From positions 4,306,722-4,370,721 of the forward strand of contig CAVNZM010000013.1 in assembly GCA_963693365.1 (NCBI GenBank): DNA of 64,000 nucleotides. Reading direction: 5' to 3'. The notes under the pieces were generated by a model that saw only the letters and a list, made by a program, of their open reading frames with translations, made no database searches and was not told the DNA's origin. A program made the position numbers and the translations under genes. Every line of letters starts with the position of its first letter. Within the stretch, counting starts at the first letter, position 1. Shown in pieces: positions 1-20,984 of the stretch. The DNA comes from Amoebidium appalachense (lineage: Eukaryota > Protista > Ichthyosporea).

Positions 1-196
1 TTGATGACGTCATCCGATTGCGCAAACATTCGCGATCGAGCCGCTGGCGCGGCCGAAATTTGGGGCTAGGGGGGATGGGGGGGGGGGAGGGGGAGGGAGA
101 GGGGGGGGGGGGGGGGTGAAAAGGAGGGGCAAGAAAGAGAAAAGTCAACTCAACTCTCCCGACAATACGCAGAAAACAAAAGTGACTTTGGCGTAC

Positions 197-6707
<6,511 letters not shown>

Positions 6708-8334
6708 GTTTGATACTATACAATAAGGGTGCCCCCTCTATCATTAGTGGATGGGTACTTGGGGCAACATATACTTTATGGATGCGACATGGCTCGGAGA
6801 GAACTTTTGGCGCCACTGTTCCAAGTACCGCGTGCACCCCAAACACACCCGGCAATCGCCTGCATTGTTTACTGCACAGCTATTGGCTACGAAGAATGCA
6901 TAAACAGATGCTTTGCTGCATTGCCCAGTGGCAAGTGGCGACGGTGGTGAAATTCGGAATGCAAGCGAAGATGATGCCAACTGCATTATTAGCACATAGC
7001 ATTGTCTTCTTTATTTTATTTAGATATATTGTATAAAAGTTAATGTGGATTTTTTCCGCAGTGTTTGAATATAATGCATTTGGAAATCAAGGCAATGCTT
7101 TGCCTGGCTATGCATAAATAGAATTCGAAGCCCTGGTTCAAAATTGACCCGTCCTACGTTTGGAGCGAATCTTACATGCTCGATAAGCTAAAAAAAGGTA
7201 ATAAAATTAAATTTAGAATAAAAACAACTGCACATTTTTTCTTGGATACAAAGATCTGATTCCTAAAGCTTTGTCGTGTAATATCTTGCATTTGTTTAAT
7301 TTTTCACAACCACTTTTGAATTTTAATGTCATGGCAGTGACTAGTCAGTCTAAAAGATCCGTTTCCTGGGCATTTTCACGTGAATTCCTGAGCAAACACG
7401 GTGTCGTGCCCAAGCTCAGGTGACTTCAACTGACTTGGTCACAACATTGAACTCAACTAAGTGCATGCTAGCGTTGTAAAAAATACAAGTTACAGAAATA
7501 TTTAGATAGCAATTGTTTTGTGCCTTTTTCTTCCTTTCATGATAAAACAATGTGATAAGCAGCAGCATATTATATACATCAGGCTATGATCTTTGAAACA
7601 TTTTCATTGGACGAACATTCTAGAAGACTGGCCGGTGCATCGTCATTGGCTGCCCGCCATGGTCTAAAGTTTGAAGCTTTTTTGCATATAATATCATGGT
7701 TATAAAAATAAATAAATACTTTTTTGTTCAATTTATAAATATTAGAGAAAAATCTCATATTCTAATTTATTACTGAGCAGTAAAAGCGAGTGGAGCCCGA
7801 TTATCGGATATTACCGCACTCAGTTTGTTCAAGCTAAAAATAGCTTTTTTCACGTGAATGCGCACGCGTGAGATCAAAGATGCTGCGGCGAGGCGACCAG
7901 CCAGTGGCAGCCACATGGAGATTCGGATACGACGGGCCTCTGAGACACGGCCAAAAACACATTAACCCCTTTGGTTTTCTGGCATTCTTTTTTTTTGTTT
8001 GTTTTCAAAAATATCTCTATTAGAGCATACTCCGAGCTTTGTTGGCTTTGTTACTGAAGCTGCTCCTTATCATCTCAGGGTGCTTTCCGAGTGGATCAAA
8101 ACCATGCACGCGACCTTGCCGTTCATGATATTTCTGGGTTGTAATTGACGTAAAAAGTATTAGATTTTTCTAACCCAATAATACCACTACATTTGCGTTT
8201 ATATTCGTTTTGTGTTGCCGCATCTCATCGGAGCGACAACTAAAGCCTTCAACGCAGCTGCCACCTCAACTCCTGCAGTTCCGCTTCGTTTCCCTTTTGT
8301 GTTTTCTGTGTTATGTGTTGTTGCGTGTGCAAGA
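6708..8334. promoter_or_regulatory. Putative bidirectional promoter of the two ZIP genes
   Basis: AT-rich, microsatellite-free 1.6-kb gap between divergent ATGs (6707 and 8335). The 13-mer TTTTCACGTGAAT (E-box core) occurs twice, at 7373-7385 and 7847-7859. Confidence 0.55.
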
Positions 8335-9636
8335 ATGGGGCTGTGTGACACTCTTGGGGAGGGCAATGTCGGCCTTGCCTTCGGCCTGACCGTATTGGCC
8401 GGTCTGTCGATTAACATCGGCGCCGCGGCTCCCCCTCTTGCCATTGGTAAGTTGGCACGTAAAATGTAAATGGGGCGCGAGCAAGGAGGGGTGCCTACCA
8501 TATCCTCGTACATAGGCTGTGTGTAGCTAAACAGACGCGAAGATTCTGTGTTGTGCAGAAACATGTGTAAAAGAAATAGCGCAAGAAGGAAACTTGCACG
8601 CTTCCTCCCAGCCTGCACACAGTACTAACATGGTTCCATCCCCAGTCCGGCGCAACAACACGGAGCCTTTGGCTGCGGGGCTTGCGTTTGCCGCCGGTGT
8701 TCTCATCTACATTGCACTCACGGAGGTCTTCAAGGAGGTGCGTATATTTTCATCGTTCACCGTACCAAATGCATGGAATTTTCCTCAGTAAATACCTTTT
8801 TATTTTTGGAATGCCTAAAAGTTGCCCTGGCTAAGGCTAAGCACCCAGTACAGCAAGGAAGAACGACCCAGGTTAACTAGGTATGCGCTACCCTAATATA
8901 GTCGCCGCATCTTCAAACCTGGTAAACACACTGGTCAACACTTACAAAACATCTTACAAAACATCTTACCTTCAAATTTTTCTCTTTTGACCCCCGTCCC
9001 ACACAGTCGGTTGAGTTTTTCGACTGCACGCTTCACTCGGAGGTGAAGGCGTACTTTGCTACTATTGGCTGTCTGGTTGCCGGCACCCTCTTCACTGCTC
9101 TGCTGGAGGTGGCGTCACACAAACTGAAGGTACTGCTTGCACCGTGACTGTCATTTCCCCATGACATTCCACTAAAACAACGGGGAAAATCATCGCAATC
9201 GTGCATTTTGTACCGCCCAATACACATGTTACCGGTACCGTGCAGGTTTTCCCTTGCACACTGTTGTTTCTTACAGTGTAAGCGGACCGGAAGCTCATGT
9301 TGAAAATTGCATGTGTCGCTCGTTTGAAAGCACGGATTTTTATTTTTTTTTGCTTATTGCTACACCGACTGCCGAAATGGAAGGAGGAACTTTGCCTTCT
9401 GCTGCTCCCTTTTGCTTCTGATATGTCCTTCCAAAAATACATGGCTTATCATTTTCCTCTTAACTCACCATTGCTATGACAGGACCATGACATTAAACGA
9501 ACAAAGTCAAAGAAAGCAGCAAGGGAGCAACAGGCCTTGAACAAGTGGGTGTCCCCTCGCTCCCCCCCCCCCCCCCCCCCTCCCCCTTCCCCTCTTCTAT
9601 CTCTCTCTCTCACTTTCACTCTCTTTCTGTGTGTTA

Positions 9637-9704
<68 letters not shown>

Positions 9705-11445
9705 CTCCCTCCCTCCCCTCCCCCCTCCCCCCCCCTTCCCTAGCTCGCATGTGTTCACATCTTTTTAAGCTGTTAAGTTTTCGAACTAAGCCGCTACTCG
9801 TACGTACAGCAACGTAGGCTTTACCCCCCAAGTACCACTTCAAATCCTTATACATATTGAGCATATGATTCATGATGGTGAGTGCCGACTGCAGGTGTTG
9901 TGCAGATTGAAGAAACCATTGACAATAGTGCAGCATTGGACAACGACATGGTTTCATTGTTAGTGAATGTCTCAGTCCCCGTGTCAATTATAAGACTTTT
10001 TGTCACCACAAGCCACACCAGCTCACGTTTATCGCAGAACAATACAATACCAGACATAACTTACAACAGCACAAGCACACCAAATTTAGCACTTATAAAA
10101 TAACCAAGTGTTCGTGTTATTAAGCACACACCTCCCAACAGTACGGCGGCCGTCGATGACACCGATGTGTCGACCAAAAAGGCAGATGACATGGTGCCCG
10201 CAAACGGTTCTGCTGTGGTGGAGGTGAATGGGATGGAGAGTGCACAGAACAAGCAGGGGGATGTTGATCTGCTGAGTGGAGACCTGAGCACGGATGAGAA
10301 GATGAGCCTCAAGCACATGAGCATCCTGCAGGGTACGTGCTTGTGTGTTTGTGTGTCTGTACGTGGGAGTGTGTGTGTGTCTGTAGGCGTGTGTGCGTGC
10401 TGAGTAACATGTATTGTGTGCATGTCTGCTGTTCTTGTTGAGAGTGTGTAAGTTGCACTTAGTTGCACATGTCACTTGTCGTGGGAACATTATTTGGGCT
10501 TAAATGTGTATGTATGCGTGCTCGTGTGTGTTTCTGTTTGCTGGTGTACACGGTGTTAGTTTGTGACATTAGGGTGGGGCTGGTGTGGTCTTTGTGTACG
10601 TATTCACTCAGTCCCGTAGCTGCGTATTTGTGTGCGTGTCTATACAGTTTTCCTGCACATATATTATTGCAAAACATCTTTCTGTTGTCGTGTCTTTGAC
10701 TTCTCCATCAATAAAATGCTCGCTGAGTAACCATGTTACTATTTTTTAACAACGCCCAGCTTCATAAATCCAACTTCATCTCTACCTTTTTTTCCTAATC
10801 TAACCCGTTTTTTTTTTCCCCACAGCCGTTGCCCTTGGTATCCACAACTTCCCCGAAGGTGTCGCCACATTTATTGCCGGGTTGGCCAATGAGCGCATTG
10901 GTGTTGCCCTGTGCCTTGCAATGATTCTTCACTCCATCCCGGAGGGTATCGGTATAGCTATGCCCATGTATTACGCCACGGGAAAGTATGTATTATATTT
11001 CTAACCCCAAACACATGCAATCATATAATAGTTTGTTTGTTATATCAAATACAACATAGTATGTGATTAGACATAACGCCAAACACTAACAAATACCAGC
11101 AAACACATGAAAGTGTGTCTCCTACCTAACCCACAACACACCCAATTAAAAGCAGTATACAGAACCCGCAACCCACACAAATACACACATGCACAGGAAT
11201 GTGTTGGTCGTCGTGAATGTGTGTACTCCCTATTCTAGGGTGTTCTACCTCTCCCCCCCCCCCCTCCCTCCCCCTCGCCGCCTGCAACCTGCGTTGCTGC
11301 TCGTCATGGATGTGTACTTAGCACTCTGTAACCCCCCCCCCCCCCCCCCTTCCCCTCGATGGGGGTCCCAAGAAAATATCATACATAAAGTCCTAACCCC
11401 TCTTTCCCCCCCTCCCTCCCCCCTCCCTCCCCCCCCAAAAACACA

Positions 11446-11480
<35 letters not shown>

Positions 11481-11683
11481 ACCACCACAGCAAGTGGATT
11501 GCCTTCCCCTACACGTTTGTAGCCGGCATGATGCTCCCAGTCAGTGCCGCCATTGCCTATGCCGCATTCCGCAACTCTGCAAGCCCTGCCCTCTACGGCT
11601 CCCTCTTCGGCATGGCTTCGGGTAACATCCCCCCCCCCCCCCCCAAACCCACAAAAAAAAACATATAATTCATACCCCTCTCA

Positions 11684-11739
<56 letters not shown>

Positions 11740-11856
11740 CAGAGAAACAAACGCACGCGCACACGTACACACAAACCCCACCCACCCAGCATGGCTTCTA
11801 TGGATAACATTCGTTTAGCAGATTACACACACACATCCCATGCAGGCTTCATCGAA

Positions 11857-11894
<38 letters not shown>

Positions 11895-12216
11895 CCCACC
11901 TCCCCCTCCACCCCATCTTCTCCCCTTGTTGTTCGTTTCCATCTCTGTGTAAAGCATCTAACAACTTCCCCCCTCTCTTCCCCCCCCCCTCCCCCCTCCC
12001 CCCGCCCAACACACGTGCACGCACACGCACATGCACACAGGCATGATCCTCTTCATTTGCATCCACGAGCTTCTTCCAGCGGCGTTCCGTCACAGCAAGA
12101 GGAAGGCACTTGTGACCATGTCGTTTATGATTGGACTGGTGGTGATGGCGTGCTTCCTTGGTATTGGGGAGGGTGCAGAGGGGGAGGAGGAGGAGGAGGA
12201 ACACGGTCGGCGGTGA
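8335..12216 (+). CDS. Stand-alone ZIP (ZupT/GufA-type) metal transporter, about 348 aa, paralog of the fused gene
   Basis: Exons 8335-8446, 8646-8737, 9007-9129, 9483-9544, 10142-10332, 10826-10985, 11491-11621, 12041-12216, all in phase. Motifs [21 protein letters not shown]. Exon sizes 92, 123, 160 and 131 nt equal those of the minus-strand paralog. Ends [18 protein letters not shown]. Confidence 0.93.
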
Positions 12217-12790
12217 TTGTGTCACCAGCCTCGATTCTTCTTTGCATGTTAGTTGAGATAGAACGGAATGGAAAGGTGTGACAAGGTGAATTACACATTG
12301 ACGTGCACACACACACACAAAGGGAGTGAGACAGAGAGAGAGAGAGAGCGATACAAGTACACGCGCACGCACACACGCAAAAACACATGCTCATAGACCT
12401 TTTAAGCAATTATCGATGAACATAGCTTATTCGTGCTGTCTAATACCAACCATCTTCAAACCTTGCGTACGTCTCCATGGGTGACACAAATACAAACTAG
12501 CACGCGTGTGCATTTGTGCTGTTTTCTTCCCTTTTTTTTTTTTTTTTTTTTTTTTTTCAGGGCTGATCTGAGTAATGATGAAGGAGTTGGAACGAGTAGG
12601 ATAGCTTTTTCCGCACATTTGCACATTTTCTGTATGAGTATATCCAACGCAGGAAATTTGAGTATATCCCACCCAAGACATATCTGCGAATGTGTACGGT
12701 CGACGCGACAGCAGGGCCTGACCGCGGCCTGCACCAGTTGAGCTGGTCTCTTGGGCATGCCGCCAGTGCAATAAAACTATTTATAAAAAA

Positions 12791-13016
12791 GTTAGCCAAT
12801 CAGGTGACCCCGTTAAATTTTACGCCATGCATGATGTATGCAAGTGCCTATGCAACAAGAAATTCAACAAAGTTTAGCGAATCAGGTGACCCCGTTAAGT
12901 TTACGACATGCATGATGTATGCAAGTGCCTGTGCAACTAATATTTAAAAGAAAAAGTTTAGCGAATCAGGTCACCCCGTTAATGTTTTATGCCATGCATG
13001 ATGTATGCAAGTGCTT
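12791..13016. repeat. Tandem repeat, 3 copies of about 83 bp
   Basis: TTAGC(C/G)AATCAGGT(G/C)ACCCCGTTAA...CATGCATGATGTATGCAAGTGC at about 12791, 12872 and 12956. Confidence 0.85.
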
Positions 13017-14953
13017 ACGGCGGGTGTGTGGTGTGTGTGTTGTTCATGTGTGTGTGTGCGCGCGCGTGTGTGTGTGTGTGTGTGTGTGTGGTGTTTGTGC
13101 CCTGTTCTGTGGTGACACACGCACACGCATGCATGCAGGCACACACACATAGGGCATGCATGCACTGCGCAGGCACGGGTATGGCCGTGTAGTGAATGAC
13201 CATAAACATAAGGATATCTAGATCTAATACTTTTGTATATCTACATATATCCACGGTGCCCATAATTTTGATTCGCTGGATTGGCCGAAGAGAGCGGCCA
13301 ATATTATATTCGAATATGTTTAATGGTCATATCGGGTTCATGTGCACGTGATCATAGTTTTTTTTTTTTTTTTTGAGCTCTTTAAGGGTGGCGACGCCAA
13401 AAAGTCATGCGGCTTGTGTCCGTTTTTAAGCTACTATGATTTGCCACGCATTTATATTTCATCGCAAGTGGTACTTAGTTAGCTATAGCAACAGACTCGC
13501 TGTTTCTTGGTCTCGGGCTCCTGGTGTGCTTTTGCGATTGACTGATATCTCAACTAGCCGTGGAATAAAGAACAACGTTAAGTTGAAGATGTTGTACATG
13601 TATGATGTATGATCTCCCGGTGTCTGATTATATAGATGCCTATACATATTACGTAGGTCTGGGTCAATCAGAAGGAAAGGGTGAATGGTTTTCAGTGTTT
13701 CTGTTCCTAATACAACTTGCAAGTTCACTGAATTATAACTCTGACCCCTCAGGCTCGATCTCACAACCTTCGGTATCTGATCGTCAGTGTTTCGTGGCCT
13801 CCAAATCGGGAATCTTGATTCGCTGGGGGGTGAGTCATGAGGGCAAGGGGTGGGGCGGTGTGGCCGTGTGGCCGTGTGTGTGTGTGTGTTGGGGGGGGGG
13901 GGGGGGGGGGGGGGGGGTGGGGGGAGGGGGGGGGGGGAGGGGGGAGGTGAAGGGAGAGAGAGAGATGGGGGGAGGGGGGGGGGGATCCAGAGAGAGAAGG
14001 AGAGGGGGAGAGAGAGAAAGATAGAGAGAGAGAGGGGGGGGGGGGGGGGGGGGGGGGGGTGGGGGCGGGGGGGGCGGGCTAGGGTTGCTGCCTATATATA
14101 GGCCTTGCTTCAATCGGTGAAGTTATAAAGCCTAAGGTTTCCTCACACTTCATCTATCCCCATATCTTTTGAGCTATGTAGTTATGTGATACAGGAGGAA
14201 GTCCAAATGTATCAAGTAAATTCCCTCTCGATTGCCAGCAATAAATTGTCACCGTGTTAGACTGACGAGTATTCCGTTTTTGCAAGGAATCCGGGTAGTC
14301 AGCTATATATGCCATACAAGGGGGGTGGAGGGGGGCTCGATTGTGATGGAGGCCTCCCCTTTTTCTACAGCAAAAAAAGGACCCACGCTAACCTTGCTTG
14401 CTAATAAAAAAAAGAGAAAAAGGGTAAGGCCAGGGAAAAATCAGCAACAAAGAAAGAGCAAGAATTTTTTAAAAATAAAACTAGGAAACAGGGAACGATA
14501 ATAATAGTGTTGAAAAATAACTGAAAAAATCTTAATAAAAAAAAATCACAGGCATAAACCTTCAAGGGGACGATAGCCCCGGCCCCACTGCTCGGTTCGA
14601 AAAAAGAAAAAAACCGTCCGGATTATTGAAACAAAATTTCTTGAAGTAAAGAATAACTCAAAATGAATTCTGAATACTATTCTGGTATTTGAGGGGGGTC
14701 AAGCTCCCTTTTGCATATAGCGGTTTTGTTGTTTTCTTATTTGCCTTGCGTTCACTTTTGCATATCACTGTGTAAGGCTGTGTTTCACGAGGCATTTTTG
14801 GAAAACACAAACATCGTTCCCAGCGCCCTGGGTCCTCCCCCCCCCCCTCCGCACAACCTCCGAACACCACCACCACTATGATATGATAATCAAATAACAT
14901 GTAAATCTCCTCACATACCTCAACTGCTATAATAATTGTGCTCCGTAAATTAA

Positions 14954-15003
<50 letters not shown>

Positions 15004-15507
15004 AAAAAAAAAAGACCCACAATCAAACACCTCAACCACATTGACTCACTATGAACCTTGCGTGGCACTTTGGTGTTCGGGCAGCACCCCATTTGTGAAC
15101 ATTAGCGCAACGTCCAGGTGTAGGTGTATGAGCACAACAGCACGTGCTTGGGGCTGTGAAAGCGATGCTGCCGTTTTTAAAAGGGTATTTCTTTCAGGTT
15201 TCCGGGTCGGGTCGGGTCAGAGGAATTTCTAGCTACATGAGTGTGTGCTGCGCATCAGCTGCGCACCATCGTTTTGCCGGAAGCATGGTACAGATGCGCC
15301 ATCTTACAACAAAACTTTAAAAGAAAAGTAAAAAAACAGAAAGAAAGAAGGGAAGAATAATAATCAGTCGTAAGGGAAAAGATTGCAGTTCCAAAATTTG
15401 ATTTAATACGCTGAGAAAATGGCTTGACCTGGATGTGCTGGAATGGGGACAATTATGGCCTAAAAGAAATACATTTGAAAGGCTGAATGACCTATATTTT
15501 TACCCAT

Positions 15508-15538
<31 letters not shown>

Positions 15539-15858
15539 CGCCCACCACCACCACCACCGCCACCATATTTCACTCTCACACGCTCACACATGCGCGCGCA
15601 TGTGCGCGCACACTGGCACCCACCCACACACACACAAAGCACACGCGTTCCCGGCCAGCATCCTCATTCTACGTGCACAAATTCAACTGTTTCCAAACAT
15701 ACCCCACCCCCAAACACACGTGTCTCAATTACATTTTCAGTTGGGTTCGGAATTTGCCGTGTTTCACCGCCATTTCCGCACTAGTATTTATATTGGCCAA
15801 GGGGATTTGATCATAGTTCCTTCTGAATCAGGCAGTTCATCCTCCTGCACACATATCT

Positions 15859-16023
<165 letters not shown>

Positions 16024-16351
16024 ACCCCCCCCCCCCCCCCCCCCGGGGCCCCCCCCCTCTCGCCCCAACAACACCATCCCCCTCTCTCTCCCCGTGTTCC
16101 GCCCCCGCTCACCCCCCTCCCCCCTCCTCCCCCAACACTCCCAAGTGAGCTCCTCCTCTCTCTTGCTTGCCTTTGATTGCATCCCCCATCCCCATAACCT
16201 TTTATCTTCGGGCCATTCTGTTTTCTTTAACAGCCCCGAGAAAGGGCCCCTACCCTCTTTCCCTCGTTGCACCCCCTCCCCTCCCCTCTCCGGTATGCTA
16301 TTGCCACCTTCCTGCGCCCCAACCGGCTGTGTCCCGCCCCCCTCCTCCCTA

Positions 16352-16382
<31 letters not shown>

Positions 16383-16928
16383 CCCACGAACCACGAATAA
16401 ATGTGCTGCAGAGGTGTGCCCATGGTATTACTAACACCTTTGCTAGCCACGGCATATAATTTTGCCACTGTATCACATTGCATCCCAGCCATCCCTCCCC
16501 TTTAAATGCTCAGTGTGACATGCGAATTCCAGGCATGTTTGAGCAGTGGATTCCGATCAAAAGCAACTGGAATTAATGGCCACAGCAATCACCAGGTCAA
16601 ACATTCACGTTTCCTTATCACACAGATTTGTCCCACAATCTAACTGATCAAACACATCCAGATCACCGTTCAGGTGGGAACGACGTCTTTGGGCGGCAAC
16701 CCAAAACATTTGCCAATGGTTACACAGTACACTCCATGTTGGCACTGTCTGCTTGGAGGACTAAGTGCAGATGCCGCCTTTGATTGAAGCTAAATTGAAC
16801 CCAAGTCCCCCTCCCCCTCGGGGGCCTCCGGGCCCCCTCTCCTCTCCCTCACGATCGCCCCCGCTTCCCTCTCTCGCCCCCTTTCCCCTCCCCCTCTCCC
16901 CCCTCCGCTACTGGCTGCCGACGACATA

Positions 16929-17174
16929 CAGATACCGTCCGCGAATAAGAACCCCCCAAAATGTGGCCGAGGGGCGGAATCTTAAATTGTTTGGAGGGTC
17001 GGGTCAGAATCACGGGGGAGTACCCTGTATGGTCACTTTTGAAACCCCTTAATCATCTGCCCGCCAATAAGATCATCCCGAAAACTGGCTCTGGGGGCAG
17101 AATCTTAAAAGAAAACCAATTTTGCCGGGGGCGAAATCTTATTGGCGGAAGTTCTTATTCGCGGACGGTATCTG
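16929..17174. mobile_element. Tc1/mariner-type MITE, 246 bp
   Basis: Perfect 24-bp terminal inverted repeats CAGATACCGTCCGCGAATAAGAAC (16929-16952) and GTTCTTATTCGCGGACGGTATCTG (17151-17174), flanked by TA on both sides. Internal CCGCCAATAAGAT / ATCTTATTGGCGG sub-repeats. Confidence 0.88.
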
Positions 17175-17405
17175 TATAATTTTTTCAACGACAGAAGTGA
17201 TGGACCTTGCTCAGAGAGCTAGCTGCCTGCATGATACGGATCTTGGTTTTTGACAGTCCTGCAAGGCTGCCCACATCCACATGTGAAATTATACATAACC
17301 ATCAGTGCAAAATGTATAATGATAATTCTGAGTGCAGAAAATGATGGAGTAAAAATGCAGCGATTCTATGGCCTTTTTTTTTTTTTTTTTTCCCTGCCGG
17401 GGGTT

Positions 17406-17467
<62 letters not shown>

Positions 17468-17896
17468 GGGAGACATTTGTGGAGAAGGTGGAAAGGAAGG
17501 GGGGGGGGGGGGGGGGGGGAGGAATGGCGAAAGGAGGGGGGGGGGGGGGGTGAGGAGGGGGGGGAGAGAGAGAGAGCGAAGAATTCTCTCGTTCGATTTT
17601 CACCAGCTGCACGTGTTTCCCTTCTCTGATGCCTCTCGGAAGCTTTTATGTTTCTTCATTCTTTGCTTTATTTTTCCTGCTCTTCCTGTTGATAGCGCTG
17701 CTTTCTTTGCTCTGTTTAACAGAAGAGACAAAAGAAAATCAAATAGAATTAGAAAACAAAAGTAAGCAGCAACAGGCAGAGCAAGAGAAATAAAACAAGG
17801 AGGGAAGAAACGAAATAGGTTTCGAGAGGCGGCAGATAAGAGAAACATGACATTGCCGAGCTGACGCAAAAACCGAGCAAGAATATTCTAGCTCGT

Positions 17897-17930
<34 letters not shown>

Positions 17931-18978
17931 ACCTCCCCCCCTCTTCCCCTCCCCTCTTCCCCCCCCCCCCCCCCCCCCTTTCCTTCCCATCTTTTAGCAG
18001 AAATCACCCCCCCCCCCCCCCCCCATCCCCGCCCCCTCTCCCTCCCCAAGGCCTTAACAACTTGACGACGAAAACTTGGAGGCCTTCACATGGATGAACC
18101 CACACACGTGATGTCGCCCACTCTTACTCCTCCCCGCCCAGGGGCCCAGTTCTAAAACAATGAGAAGTCAATTCACACAGCATATTCCAGACTACAGAAA
18201 AAAAAGTTTCTTGTAGGGAAGAAAAATACATAGGCTAGCTAGTAAATTAAGGGGCACAAGTTACTTTTTGCGCATTACGATTTCTTTTTCGGAGTCCTTT
18301 TGTGCGTTTTTGCGTGCCATTGTGTCTGGCTGTATTTCACGAGGTGGTGGTTATCCCATAGTGTGTGTCACTTGATCAATGTTTTTTTTTTTTTTGAAAA
18401 ATTATTGTTCTCAGAGCTCGAGCCCTGTGTGGCCCCAGTGCCCCCCCCCCCCCCCTCCCCTTCCCCTTCCCCCCCCCCCCCCCCCCCCCAATGATTATTA
18501 CCAAAATCGTCGGCAATCTCCTCAAATGTCTTGATTGTGCCTTTATTACAACCCAAAAAAACATACGTGCACACGCTCACACAGTGGCACGCAAGCATGC
18601 ACGCACACACACCCACAGAAAATGGACACTCTTTCCACGTGCATAATTTCAAACCACACATGCACAAATTTTCCAGGCATATCTCACCCCCAGGCACATG
18701 TGTCTCATGTGTAGATGGGCTCGGCAGCTGTGTTATATTTCTACACCACCGTCTATGCACTACTATGAGGGCTTGACTGAAAGAATTTACCCCAGAATTG
18801 CTTTGAATTATCGAAAGTTCATTGTGGCTCGAACAGTTCATCCTCCTCCACACAGACACATACACACTCTGTCTCTCTCGCGCGCTCTCTCCCTCTCTCC
18901 CCCCCCCCCCCCCCCCCCCTCCGCCCCCTCCCCCGCCCCCTCCCTCCCCCTTCCCCCTTCCCTCCCCCTCCCCCCTTC

Positions 18979-19041
<63 letters not shown>

Positions 19042-19240
19042 CTCTCTATATATCTCTCTCTCTTTCTCTCTCTCTCCCTCTCTCTCTCTCTCTCCGTTTC
19101 TCTCTCACACACTCTCTCTCCGAGGCTCTTTCTCTCTCTCTCTCTCTCTTTCCCGCCTCTCTCTCTTTCTTTATCCCCCCCCCTCTCGCTCTCTTTCTCC
19201 CCCTCCCCCCTCTCTCTCTGCCCCCTCTCCCCCTTTTCCC

Positions 19241-19273
<33 letters not shown>

Positions 19274-20123
19274 AAAATTCTATCTCCTCCTCTCTCTTGC
19301 CAACATTTGTTTGCACCCCCCTCCCCATAACCACATCTCTTCCCACCATTGCTTTCTTCAACACTCCCGAACCCTACCCTCTTTCCCTCCTTGCACCCAA
19401 CCCTGCCCCTACCCCCTCCTCCCCGCCCTGTCGTTTGTCCATTGCCACCGTGCCGCACCCCAACCTGCGGTATCCCCCCCCCCCCCCCCCCCCCCCTCCC
19501 CCATCCCCTCTTCCCCCACCCCCCTTCCCCCCTCCCCTCCCCCCCCCACTCCCCCCTCCCCCTGAACCCGCAGCTCCCACCCCTCCTTCCTTTACCCCTT
19601 CGATTGTCCTAACATGCTCTACAGCTACTGTCCCCTCCCCTTCTCCCCCCCCCCCCCCCTCCCCCCCCCCCCCCCTCCCCGGATGCATGTCGACATCCGA
19701 GATGGTTGGATGACAACGTGTGTGTTTGACAATTGTTTGTGCCACCGTCTGTGGCCAGTTCTCTCGGCAGCTGTTGGTGCCACCGTGTGAAACGGCTAAG
19801 TACAGTATACCAAATGTACGACCAGATGTGGCTCGCAGCCCATGGTATCACCTTTGCTAGCCATGGTATATCACACAGTCACTTTGCTAGTGTATCACAA
19901 TGTATTGTTATAAAATGCTTATATGTGCTATGAGGATTACAGGTCTTTTTGTGTCAAGGCGTTGAATAATAATTATGTTCGTTTTTGGATAACAATGTGT
20001 CAGGTCGTCCTTTTCGAGGTGACAGCCATGGTTATCCCAAGGTGTATGTTCCGATCAGTTTTATTGACACACAGTTATCTTTTCCAAGGGGTCATACGCC
20101 CGCGACACAAATCCCCCTCCCCC

Positions 20124-20167
<44 letters not shown>

Positions 20168-20648
20168 ACACACACCCCGTGACCCACCCACCCACCGGTC
20201 CCACCACCCACCGTCATAATACTACAGTATGCTAACCACAACCGACCGTCAATCTTCTCACATGCCTTATTTGTGCATCAATCACAAAAGCACATTATCG
20301 CACAATCAAGCCTCAAGCACGCTGACCTCGTTATTCCCCTCGTGTGGCACATTGACTTTGGGCAGCAGCACATTTGTGAACATTATTATAAGATCAATGG
20401 TCATTCTTGATTTCTCCCTGCAGCTTGCGTAGGCATGTGCTCGGGGCTACGAATGCTGCCCATTGTGAAATCTCCCATAGTGTTTTATAATGTTTTACCC
20501 CCCCTCCCCCCTTCCCCCTCCCCCCCCCCCCCCCCCATCCCTCCTCCCACCCAATTCCAGGTGCCTATCGTGCACGCCCACATTCCGTTGTACTCACACG
20601 TACATCTACTCCCACCCACACACCCACACACCCACACCCACCCACCCA

Positions 20649-20764
<116 letters not shown>

Positions 20765-20984
20765 GCTCACTCACTCACCCACACGCGTATCCGCACACAC
20801 ACGCACACACGCACAGAAAAGACACACAATTTCCGGCCAGCCCCCACCTCCCCCCCCATCCCCTTCCAAAAAAAAAAAAAGAAAAGAAAAGGAAAAAAGA
20901 AAAGAAAAAGCCAAGGCGAGATTGAAGACGTGTGCAAACCATTTATTGCACGTTTGCTTTACTGTTATTGTCGGACCCAACCTT

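Noticed and set aside
6830-8112. MRE/Aft1-like TGCRCNC motifs in the ZIP promoter
   Set aside because: The heptamer is very common throughout this CA/GC-repeat-rich window, so its presence is uninformative.
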